The position numbers and the translations under genes were made by a program. 8,345 nt of DNA, taken from the IMG/VR virus record IMGVR_UViG_2778261591_000009; one strand, written 5' to 3'. The number at the start of each line of letters is the position of its first letter. The stretch's first letter is position 1. Source of the stretch: a virus (Duplodnaviria; Heunggongvirae; Uroviricota; Caudoviricetes). Below are positions 1 through 5,655 of the stretch, in pieces. The notes beneath the pieces are model-generated. The model was not told the DNA's origin and made no database searches. It saw nothing but the letters and a program-made list of their open reading frames with translations.

Positions 1-401
1 TCTTGTATTTTTGTTTCGATAGCGCCAGATCTTTTAATGTCTTTTTCAGCACGATAATATGCCTGATCTGGGTCATACTTAAGAACATTAGGAAAATAGA
101 ACTGCTTCGCACCATATGCATCATAAACAGCCATAGAATGGCCTTGCACAGTTACGAATTTAGCAATCTGTCCGTTATATACCGGATATCCAGCAGCGTT
201 AATGATGATTGGTTGCGAAACAGGAACGTGAGAGCCGTCTTCGTTCTCTACATAAACCGGAATCTGGTTTTCAGGATTTACCGGGTCCGTGTCAATTTTA
301 CCGATATAAATTTTGCCATTGGCAACCGCTTTAAAAGAACGCGCCATAGTGAAAAGTTGCGAAGGCATCGATACGATCACATTGGCTGTAATGTCTGTCA
401 T
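1..401 (-). CDS. Tailspike protein, N-terminal head-binding domain (start codon in window; gene continues beyond position 1)
   Basis: Minus-strand ORF starting at ATG 399-401 (GGAG about 9 nt upstream) and running off the window edge with no stop; it is absent from the supplied ORF track, presumably because it is open-ended. My translation is [121 protein letters not shown]... This matches the conserved N-terminal head-binding domain of P22 gp9-type tailspikes as I recall it, and the resemblance stops after KYDPDQ. Confidence 0.88.
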   Translation of the reverse strand, partial: MTDITANVIVSMPSQLFTMARSFKAVANGKIYIGKIDTDPVNPENQIPVYVENEDGSHVPVSQPIIINAAGYPVYNGQIAKFVTVQGHSMAVYDAYGAKQFYFPNVLKYDPDQAYYRAEKDIKRSGAIETKIQ

Positions 402-533
402 TTAATTTGCTCCAGATACAATGAATCGCCGCAGCGTGGCTACGGTTGGTATTTGTTGCATACCGAAACGGTACGATTGTTGATTTGTACAGTAGGTTTT
501 ACGATGCCATTCCACCCATTTGGTGAGGCATTG

Positions 534-791
534 ATGATGTACAGCAAATACGATGAGGCGCAGTTCCACTTGAGGCTTACGCACGAGTTGCACGCCAAGA
601 TTAAACAGCGTGCAAAAATGAATAACAGGTCTATCAATTCCGAAATTGTGGCTACGATGGAAGAATCACTCTCCAAACCATCACCTGTAAGCGGGTATCG
701 TGATGAAGAAGAGAGGCTGGCCTCATTAATCTCGGAACGAGTAAAAGAAGTTGCGGCTGATATCCTTAGAAAAGAAAAAACCCGCGATTAA
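534..791 (+). CDS. mnt: Mnt-like ribbon-helix-helix repressor (Arc/MetJ fold), 85 aa, second orphan copy
   Basis: Same frame as track ORF 3..791 but starting at ATG 534 (GAGG at 525-528). Protein is MMYSKYDEAQFHLRLTHELHAKIKQRAKMNNRSINSEIVATMEESLSKPSPVSGYRDEEERLASLISERVKEVAADILRKEKTRD. It has the RHH signature (FxLRL beta strand, NxRSxNSEIV helix), and the LSKPSPVSGYR...ERLA tail closely resembles the P22 Mnt C-terminal region as I recall it. The upstream part of the track ORF (3..533) looks non-coding in this frame and is occupied on the other strand by the tailspike start. Stop TAA 789-791 lies in the loop of the terminator hairpin. Confidence 0.8.
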   Translation: MMYSKYDEAQFHLRLTHELHAKIKQRAKMNNRSINSEIVATMEESLSKPSPVSGYRDEEERLASLISERVKEVAADILRKEKTRD

Positions 792-799
792 GCGGGTTT
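778..799. terminator. Intrinsic terminator hairpin shared by convergent genes (strong for the minus-strand ant operon, weaker for plus-strand mnt-like gene)
   Basis: Stem aaacccgc (778-785) pairs with gcgggttt (792-799) around a 6-nt loop. On the minus strand the hairpin is followed by UUUCUUUUC and lies 6 nt after the stop of the 73-aa ORF (806). On the plus strand it is followed by a weaker U-containing tract (aguugguuaguu). Confidence 0.7.
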
Positions 800-805
800 A
801 GTTGG

Positions 806-1027
806 TTAGTTATCAAAAAGTCCGTACGTTTCTTCTTCTTCAGGTGTAAGGGGAAGAATCTCTACTCTATCTATAGATACCTTTTCAATGTACCCATGAG
901 GTCTACTTAAAATTAAAGCTCTCTCATGCCACAGAACTCCAAGAATGTGATACCTCCCAGCATCGCCTTTTACCCTGGCTCTTCCTTTGATTCTTGGCGG
1001 CATAATGCCATATTTTTTCTTTGCCAT
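806..1027 (-). CDS. Hypothetical small protein (73 aa), translationally coupled to the upstream antirepressor-like gene
   Basis: ATG 1025-1027 overlaps the TAA stop (1027-1029) of the upstream gene as TAATG on the minus strand; it is the last gene before the terminator. Protein MAKKKYGIMPPRIKGRARVKGDAGRYHILGVLWHERALILSRPHGYIEKVSIDRVEILPLTPEEEETYGLFDN has a lysine/arginine-rich N-terminus and an acidic C-terminal tail. I do not recognise the family. Confidence 0.55.
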   Translation of the reverse strand: MAKKKYGIMPPRIKGRARVKGDAGRYHILGVLWHERALILSRPHGYIEKVSIDRVEILPLTPEEEETYGLFDN

Positions 1028-1755
1028 TATGCAACATTACTCCCATGAATCAGGTGTTGTAGTGCTTTAACACCTTCCGCATTGTAGCGGAATACTTCCA
1101 CCTGTTTGCTGGAATGCGCAGATTTATCCAGGAAGAACTTACCGTACTGCTCAGTTTTGAGGTTGTTTGCGTTAGCAATGCGACCAATCTTGTTGGCCGT
1201 TACTCCAAGCTGCTCTGCAACCTCCCCTGCTGAGTAGTAATGCTCTTCTATTGCTGGAAGAGGTATTGCATTAAAACCAACGATCGGGTTGATTATGCTT
1301 GCTGCCGCAGTCTGCTTTGCTTCCGGCGCAAGATTTGGCATCAAATCGAACAGATTGGTAACAGCTTCAACCGTCATTTTCAATGTTCGCGCCTGGCGAT
1401 ACTCAACAAGTCCACTCGACGATTTACCGCTTTTAATGTGCGCTTCTTGCATACTTTCAAGTTGGTCTACAAGTGAGCGGCGAACAGCTTTAGATTCACG
1501 AGCAGCCACTCGAAGGGCTTGCTTAATTGACATAACAACTTTTTCAGAAGTTGTCTTGTTTGATTTTTGAACTACGAAAATTTCGTAGTGCTCACCTTCA
1601 AGTTCATCCTTAATGCGTGCAATAAAGTCGTTATTTCGGACTTCTTTTTCCCCGCACTGTCTACGAGCATGATTGACCATCTCTAACAGGTACTGGCTAT
1701 CAATGGTTTTATCCGTGACAACGGATCCGATGTTTGCTACATTCTTAAAAGTCAT
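1027..1755 (-). CDS. Antirepressor-like phage regulatory protein (242 aa), second gene of tandem ant pair
   Basis: Track ORF 1027..1842 trimmed to the ATG at 1753-1755, which is preceded by AAGGAA (plus-strand ttcctt 1762-1767); the longer N-terminal extension has no ribosome-binding site. It sits immediately downstream of the Bro-N antirepressor in the same operon. The C-terminal segment YSAGEVAEQLGVTANKIGRIANANNLKTEQYGKFF...VEVFRYNAEGVKAL looks like a helix-turn-helix region of the kind found in phage antirepressor C-terminal (KilAC/ORF6C-type) domains. The family assignment is from memory and position only. Confidence 0.6.
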   Translation of the reverse strand: MTFKNVANIGSVVTDKTIDSQYLLEMVNHARRQCGEKEVRNNDFIARIKDELEGEHYEIFVVQKSNKTTSEKVVMSIKQALRVAARESKAVRRSLVDQLESMQEAHIKSGKSSSGLVEYRQARTLKMTVEAVTNLFDLMPNLAPEAKQTAAASIINPIVGFNAIPLPAIEEHYYSAGEVAEQLGVTANKIGRIANANNLKTEQYGKFFLDKSAHSSKQVEVFRYNAEGVKALQHLIHGSNVA

Positions 1756-1823
1756 TAGGCATTCCTTATGTGGTAGTAAGGGTGTGACATAGGCCGCCAG
1801 CAGCACACTGGCGGTTTTCTTTT
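1750..1823 (+). ncRNA. Candidate sar-like antisense RNA (about 74 nt) opposite the start codon and ribosome-binding site of the second antirepressor gene, ending at an intrinsic terminator
   Basis: Plus-strand promoter-like elements lie inside the first codons of the minus-strand gene: GTGACA (1715-1720), a 14-bp gap, then extended -10 TGcTACATT (1735-1743). The predicted start is near 1750. A GC-rich hairpin (ccgccag 1794-1800, loop cagcaca, ctggcgg 1808-1814) is followed directly by UUUUCUUUU (1815-1823). On the minus strand the same hairpin is not followed by a U-tract, so it is oriented for a plus-strand transcript. Ends are approximate. Confidence 0.45.
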
Positions 1824-1842
1824 GCGCCGTCCTGTGCGCCAA

Positions 1843-2481
1843 TCAATGAATCCATTCCTCGCCGCGAAGTTTTGCCAGCATTGGCTGAGCGTTCTTTACG
1901 ACAAAATTGTTGGGATCAAGATTCTTCATTTCACGAAGAAGCGATTTCTTGGTTTCTTCTGACATGTAGCGAGTCTCATATGCAATATCGTAAATCTTTC
2001 CTGAAAGCTCAGAACCAATTTGCTTCATTCCAGGGTAGATGTGTTTGCACATTTGTTGACTCTTCTCCATCCACAATTGTAAGTAGCAGAGATTAACCAG
2101 TTCTTCGTCAGTAAACTGTTTTGCAATCGGTGAGCATTCTGCCTGCCGATCCAAAATATCCAGCACCCAGCGGCGGAACTCTTTGGCCTTGGGCGTAGAA
2201 GCAAACATCGCCACCAAGTGAGCGCCTCGGAGTGAGTAAACTCTGACCGATTTGTTACGTAAGCTATTGTTTATTCCGTTGACCTTCATATTGAGGGTCA
2301 ATGACATTGAGTCAGAAAATTCGTCAGCATTACGGGCATAAATTTGGCTGATGGCATCAGTTTTTTTATAGCCGAGAGCCTTAGCTAGTTCGGTGGAGGT
2401 AAACCAGATAGACCCGCCCTCTGTTACAGGGTTAAAAGTGAATCCTTGGAAGTTATAATCTGATTTTGCTACAATATTCAT
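1843..2481 (-). CDS. Bro-N domain antirepressor (Ant-like), 212 aa
   Basis: Track ORF 1843..2565 trimmed to the ATG at 2479-2481, preceded by AAGGAA at 7-nt spacing; upstream in-frame ATGs lack a ribosome-binding site and would overlap arc. The N-terminus MNIVAKSDYNFQGFTFNPVTEGGSIWFTSTELAKALGYKKTDAISQIYARNADEF...VRVYSLRGAHLVAMFASTPKAKEFRRWVLDIL matches the Bro-N pattern (F-F ... W-F ... LGY ... F-RW) that I recall from phage antirepressors. It is the first gene after arc, as ant is in P22 immI. Confidence 0.75.
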   Translation of the reverse strand: MNIVAKSDYNFQGFTFNPVTEGGSIWFTSTELAKALGYKKTDAISQIYARNADEFSDSMSLTLNMKVNGINNSLRNKSVRVYSLRGAHLVAMFASTPKAKEFRRWVLDILDRQAECSPIAKQFTDEELVNLCYLQLWMEKSQQMCKHIYPGMKQIGSELSGKIYDIAYETRYMSEETKKSLLREMKNLDPNNFVVKNAQPMLAKLRGEEWIH

Positions 2482-2556
2482 GTTAGTTTCCTTGAGTACG
2501 GTTACTGACATAGAGGCCCGGTTTGTGTTCGCGCACTTCCGGGCTTCACTATTTTT
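2482..2556 (+). ncRNA. Candidate sar-like antisense RNA (about 75-90 nt) across the arc-ant intercistronic region and the ant ribosome-binding site
   Basis: Two plus-strand promoter candidates lie inside the 5' end of the Bro-N ant gene: TTAAAA (2432-2437) with 16-bp spacer and TATAAT (2454-2459), and an extended -10 TGcTACAAT (2467-2475) with TTGGAA (2446-2451) 18 bp upstream. A hairpin (2513-2521 pairing with 2539-2547, including one G-U) is followed by UAUUUUU (2550-2556) abutting the arc stop codon. The position and size correspond to P22 sar RNA, which is established knowledge. Ends are approximate. Confidence 0.45.
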
Positions 2557-2731
2557 ACTGGGCATTAGCTCTTTCCTCTCTCAGGCTTTTAGCCAGTCGC
2601 TGCACAATCGCAGAGTTGATAGAAATTCCATCCATTTCAGCTACGCGTCTGATCTCCTCCTTCATTCGCGCTGGCAAACGAAGCTGGAAACTCTGACTTT
2701 TACGACCACTGTAAAGAACATCGCTCATCAT
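2555..2731 (-). CDS. arc: Arc-like ribbon-helix-helix repressor (58 aa)
   Basis: Track ORF 2555..2746 with the start moved to ATG 2729-2731, which has GGAG (plus-strand ctcc 2738-2741) 6 nt upstream; the track start at 2746 would abut the operator palindrome with no ribosome-binding site. Protein MMSDVLYSGRKSQSFQLRLPARMKEEIRRVAEMDGISINSAIVQRLAKSLREERANAQ aligns with P22 Arc as recalled (QFNLRWPREV...NGRSVNSEIYQRVMESFKKEGR). It is the first gene of the antirepressor operon and divergent from mnt. Confidence 0.8.
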   Translation of the reverse strand: MMSDVLYSGRKSQSFQLRLPARMKEEIRRVAEMDGISINSAIVQRLAKSLREERANAQ

Positions 2732-2742
2732 CAATATCTCCG

Positions 2743-2798
2743 TCATAATGACATCACCATGATGTCATGACACCATTATGATGCCATTGCTCATAATG
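2743..2798. repeat. Cluster of TCATAATG / CATTATGA repeats in the arc-mnt divergent control region
   Basis: TCATAATG occurs at 2743-2750 and 2791-2798, and its reverse complement CATTATGA at 2774-2781. Each contains a CATAAT -10-like hexamer, two on the plus strand and one on the minus strand, interleaved with the 9-bp palindrome arms. Confidence 0.55.
2748..2768. promoter_or_regulatory. Operator-like perfect inverted repeat ATGACATCA-cca-TGATGTCAT at the predicted start of ant-operon transcripts
   Basis: Two 9-bp arms (2748-2756 and 2760-2768) are exact reverse complements separated by 3 bp. The repeat lies between the candidate Pant -10 and the arc ribosome-binding site, where a repressor would block initiation; in P22 the Mnt operator overlaps the Pant start point. 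The flanks hold further related repeats: TCATAATG at 2743-2750 and 2791-2798, and the inverted copy CATTATGA at 2774-2781. Confidence 0.6.
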
Positions 2799-2802
2799 TC
2801 AA
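2775..2802 (-). promoter_or_regulatory. Candidate Pant-like sigma-70 promoter for the arc-ant operon (-35 TTGACA, 16-bp spacer, -10 CATAAT)
   Basis: On the minus strand there is a perfect TTGACA (plus coordinates 2797-2802), a 16-bp spacer, then CATAAT (2775-2780). The predicted start is near 2767-2769, inside the palindrome, about 36 nt upstream of the arc ATG. A divergent plus-strand candidate for mnt (ATGACA 2767-2772, 19-bp spacer, CATAAT 2792-2797) overlaps it, giving face-to-face overlapping promoters as in P22 immI. Confidence 0.5.
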
Positions 2803-2851
2803 TATGATGCTACTGTGTTTTTTATTGCTCATATGCCTTGCGAATAAGAAA

Positions 2852-3103
2852 ATGTCAGAAAAAGACGAATCAAATTTCATAGAAAGATTTACGGTTAGAA
2901 TGCCTGACGGCATGCGTAGTGCTATTGCGGAAAGGGCTAAACGAAACGGTCGATCTATGAACTCAGAGATAGTTCAAATTCTTGAGGATGCGTTATCATC
3001 TGACGTCTCATCAGTAGACAAATCATTAGATCTTAAACAAATAAAATCTTTACTTGATAAAATTTCCAACGAGTTACTGGATAGAATCCCAAAAGACACA
3101 TAA
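2852..3103 (+). CDS. mnt: Mnt-like ribbon-helix-helix repressor, 83 aa (positional mnt)
   Basis: Track ORF 2804..3103 trimmed to the ATG at 2852-2854; the 16-aa upstream extension MMLLCFLLLICLANKK is hydrophobic and implausible for a repressor. Protein MSEKDESNFIERFTVRMPDGMRSAIAERAKRNGRSMNSEIVQILEDALSSDVSSVDKSLDLKQIKSLLDKISNELLDRIPKDT. The N-terminal half matches the Mnt/Arc RHH motif (P22 Mnt ...FRMPMEVREKLKFRAEANGRSMNSELLQIVQDALS as recalled), and the C-terminal half is heptad-like, consistent with a coiled-coil oligomerisation tail. It is transcribed divergently from arc, as mnt is in P22. The region is AT-rich. Confidence 0.8.
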   Translation: MSEKDESNFIERFTVRMPDGMRSAIAERAKRNGRSMNSEIVQILEDALSSDVSSVDKSLDLKQIKSLLDKISNELLDRIPKDT

Positions 3104-3153
3104 CAAAACATTATCATCCGGTGTTCTGCTCAAAACTAAGGAGTGGCTACTCA

Positions 3154-3792
3154 ATGAAAAAAATAGATATATATAGCGATACATCAGCCTATGTCATAGG
3201 CTCATTGGGTTTTTTAATTTTTTTTGTTTGGCAGTACCAGTCACTATCTCCAGGATGGCGATTTTTGGGGATGTCTTTGATATCACTTGGTGCAGGAATA
3301 GCAACGCAGGTGTTGATGTATCTCTTTAATGGATGGCTCTCAAAAAGAGTTGAGAAAAAAAGAGCTACTTCAATATGTAGAAGCCTAGCTATTCCAGAAG
3401 ACTCTACAGATCAGGATGATATTGCAAAATGTTGGCGGTATATGATTGCAAGATACTCAAATGAGTTACTGGCAAACAGACTGTCCGACTTAATCGGGAT
3501 CGTAGTTACCTCTGTTGGAACAATCATCAGTATAGGGATATCAATTTGGTATGTCGGGATGATTGTCTATTTTGTTTGGAATAGAGACTTCAATGAACCT
3601 TCCCTTCTTTTTATACCTTTATTTTTCAGGGTATTAGCATTCATATGTGAGTTATTGCTCTCTTTTTTCTGCAATGTTTTGTTCAACAGATACCCAGGTG
3701 AAGCAAGAAAGTTTAATAAAAACTATGATGAGTTAAGGAGAACAGATCCTTTTCTATCAAGCAAAGAGTTCCGCGATTCCATTCGCAATTAA
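3154..3792 (+). CDS. Polytopic inner-membrane protein (212 aa) at the sieA position; candidate superinfection-exclusion protein
   Basis: Track ORF 3121..3792 trimmed to ATG 3154-3156, with AAGGAG at 3138-3143. The protein has at least four hydrophobic helices (AYVIGSLGFLIFFVWQY, FLGMSLISLGAGIATQVLMYLF, LIGIVVTSVGTIISIGISIWYVGMIVYFVW, LLFIPLFFRVLAFICELLLSFFCNVLF). The gene is very AT-rich (about one-third GC in sampled stretches against about 45-50% in the late genes). It lies between the ejection gene gp16 and mnt on the mnt strand, which is the slot P22 uses for sieA. The functional call is positional; I cannot confirm sequence similarity to SieA from memory. Confidence 0.7.
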   Translation: MKKIDIYSDTSAYVIGSLGFLIFFVWQYQSLSPGWRFLGMSLISLGAGIATQVLMYLFNGWLSKRVEKKRATSICRSLAIPEDSTDQDDIAKCWRYMIARYSNELLANRLSDLIGIVVTSVGTIISIGISIWYVGMIVYFVWNRDFNEPSLLFIPLFFRVLAFICELLLSFFCNVLFNRYPGEARKFNKNYDELRRTDPFLSSKEFRDSIRN

Positions 3793-3813
3793 CAACATCC
3801 ATGACATCAACCC

Positions 3814-5655
3814 TTAGCGATCAGTTGCATCATTGGCAAGTATTGGTCTGATGGCATTTGCGGCGTTATTCAGCGCTCTTTCATAGGCTGGTGTTCCTGC
3901 TTTGGTGTTTGCCAAACGTAAGAGAGCATTCCTTGCTGCTTTAGACTCATACAAACGCATCATTGCACCAAAGCCAGCCTCAAGCCCCATTGATACGCCA
4001 AGAGTCGCAGTTGCGCCAATCGTCCTTATCCGGTTGGCTTGCGATTGCCCCGTCTGAGTTACTACATTTGCGGTGTCTGACCTTGCTGTTTGCTGTAGAA
4101 CTTCATGAAGAGAATCAAGCTCTTTCATGTGCTTTCCAGAAAAAATAGTGTTGTAAATTTCACCACCTGACTGAGATTTCAGCTTATTAACTTCAGTGAT
4201 GAACTTGGCTGGAGAATCACCGGCCTTTTCCGCTATTTTGCTGACGTAAGCTGCACGCATAGCATCTTTCCCTTTATCATCCAATGCGCTCCAGATTCGT
4301 TTCACGTCAGATGGTTTTCTGCTTAATACAACGGTATTTATAAGTTCAGGACTGGCTTCACTGCTTGCCTTGTTGAGCTTGTTAGCAATGTTTTTATTAA
4401 GCACCTTATTATAAACGTTTGCATAATCTGAATTTGCTTTAAGGTATTTTGCTGCGTCTGATGCACCGAGGTTTTTAGCAACTGCGTTACGAAGGTCTTT
4501 TGACATTGCATTCTCTACCATATTGGTAGCTGCTTTTGCCTGGTTGGGGAAGACCATAGAATCTCCCTGAACATTAGATCTAAATGCTGTTCTGTGCTGA
4601 CGCAAGAGATCAAACGTAACATCCAAATCAGTTGCAGGGTTTGCTAATTCTTCACGTAGGTTACGCAAGGATGTAAGCAGGCTTTGATTGGCTGAAGTCC
4701 CAAGCCGTTCCTGTCTTGCGATCGCTGTATTCAGAGCATTCATGGTATTTGTGGTATCAACTGCGGCATTACCCATTTTATTGGTGACGTCATTGATAAC
4801 AGCGCCAGCAGCATCCTTCCGCCCCCTTAACGTGGTGGTCAGAGATTTCACCACATCATCAGGGTTGTACTCACCAAAACGGTCAAAATAATTGCTTACC
4901 AGCTTACTACGCGTTGCATATTGCTCCGCTCGCTTTGAGCCTGTCCCGAGCAAAGCCCCCTCGGCATCCTGAGTAAGGCCGCGAGTGAAAGCATTTTTCG
5001 GCGGGATAACATCAGATGTCATTGGTGTCACGCCCATCGATTCTGAAGTGGCAATTTTCTTCGCCACTTCTGGCGCAATATCACCTTTTATAGCCGTTAT
5101 TCCACGCCCTATTCCCTTTGCTGCTGCGGAAAGAACACCCTGAGCGGCAAGGTTAACTCCGGCATTTTTAGCTGCATTTTGTGCGAAATCGCCTTTCTGA
5201 TTTGCGGCCTCTGCCAGTGATCCAATAGCCATGCTTCCTGCCGTTCCAATTCCTGGAACTAAATACCCGCCAATTGTTTCTCCAGCTTGAGCGTAGGGGT
5301 CTGTCGGTCTGTCTACTGGACGATAAACATCATCCAAAACTTTTGGCCCACCAAGCCCCTGACTGATTGCATTAATCAGACTTGCGCCACCCTGCAATAC
5401 GTCAAATGGTATGTTTACCAGACCACGACCAGCCTGTTCTGCAATTTGCCCTGCACTTTGACCACCAGTGAGCCAATCGCCAGCTTGTTGCATCAATGAT
5501 GGTTCTTCCCGTGTTGGTGCATTATTGGCCTGATTAACTGTTTGTTGCTGAACAGCCTGACCAGCAAAATACTCATCAATGGCGGTGCCAATATCTTCGG
5601 TGCTCGTACCATCAGGAAAGGTAAATGTCTTACCGTTTGCAGTTACTTTCATCAT
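3814..5655 (-). CDS. Ejection (DNA-transfer) protein, P22 gp16-like, about 613 aa
   Basis: Long minus-strand ORF with late-gene composition. Its tandem ATGs at 5653-5655 and 5650-5652 overlap the TGA stop of the upstream gene (ATGA-type coupling). It is third in a run of 224, 490 and 613 aa that matches the size and order of P22 gp7 (229), gp20 (471) and gp16 (609) immediately upstream of sieA/mnt. The sequence is Gly/Ala/Gln-rich with no obvious enzymatic motif. The assignment rests on synteny and size. Confidence 0.8.
   Translation of the reverse strand: MMKVTANGKTFTFPDGTSTEDIGTAIDEYFAGQAVQQQTVNQANNAPTREEPSLMQQAGDWLTGGQSAGQIAEQAGRGLVNIPFDVLQGGASLINAISQGLGGPKVLDDVYRPVDRPTDPYAQAGETIGGYLVPGIGTAGSMAIGSLAEAANQKGDFAQNAAKNAGVNLAAQGVLSAAAKGIGRGITAIKGDIAPEVAKKIATSESMGVTPMTSDVIPPKNAFTRGLTQDAEGALLGTGSKRAEQYATRSKLVSNYFDRFGEYNPDDVVKSLTTTLRGRKDAAGAVINDVTNKMGNAAVDTTNTMNALNTAIARQERLGTSANQSLLTSLRNLREELANPATDLDVTFDLLRQHRTAFRSNVQGDSMVFPNQAKAATNMVENAMSKDLRNAVAKNLGASDAAKYLKANSDYANVYNKVLNKNIANKLNKASSEASPELINTVVLSRKPSDVKRIWSALDDKGKDAMRAAYVSKIAEKAGDSPAKFITEVNKLKSQSGGEIYNTIFSGKHMKELDSLHEVLQQTARSDTANVVTQTGQSQANRIRTIGATATLGVSMGLEAGFGAMMRLYESKAARNALLRLANTKAGTPAYERALNNAANAIRPILANDATDR

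Noticed and set aside
3-533. N-terminal 177 codons of track ORF 3..791 (+)
   Set aside because: The translation is Cys/Arg-rich and not protein-like. The opposite strand of 1-401 encodes a clearly recognisable tailspike N-terminus, and a ribosome-binding site with ATG at 534 begins a compact Mnt-like protein. Only 534-791 is called.
402-676. Minus-strand ORFs 402..593 and 440..676
   Set aside because: They overlap the Mnt-like gene on the opposite strand and the intergenic control region, and have no ribosome-binding site or recognisable protein features; they are probably chance frames.
1240-2096. Plus-strand ORFs 1240..1476, 1289..1570 and 1872..2096
   Set aside because: They are nested antisense within the two antirepressor genes, with no start signals and implausible Cys/Arg-rich translations.
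2480-2770. Plus-strand ORF 2480..2770 (96 aa)
   Set aside because: It runs antisense through the arc gene and the operator region. The plus-strand signal here is better explained as a short antisense RNA ending at the terminator near 2556 than as a protein.
2804-2851. Upstream extension (MMLLCFLLLICLANKK) of the positional Mnt-like ORF
   Set aside because: It would add a hydrophobic leader to a DNA-binding RHH protein and places the start inside the operator/promoter repeats; the ATG at 2852 gives an 83-aa Mnt-sized protein.
2852-3792. Reading the RHH gene plus downstream membrane protein as a toxin-antitoxin module
   Set aside because: RHH antitoxins followed by a toxin are common, but this gene order matches the known P22 mnt-sieA layout and the RHH protein carries an Mnt-type oligomerisation tail. 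It is kept only as a minor alternative inside the sieA-position finding.
3801-3809. Extra copy of the operator half-site ATGACATCA between the membrane-protein gene and the gp16-like gene
   Set aside because: It is a single 9-mer with no dyad partner, in a 21-bp gap between convergent genes. A chance match is not negligible (roughly 0.06 expected in this window on both strands), so it is not called as an operator.
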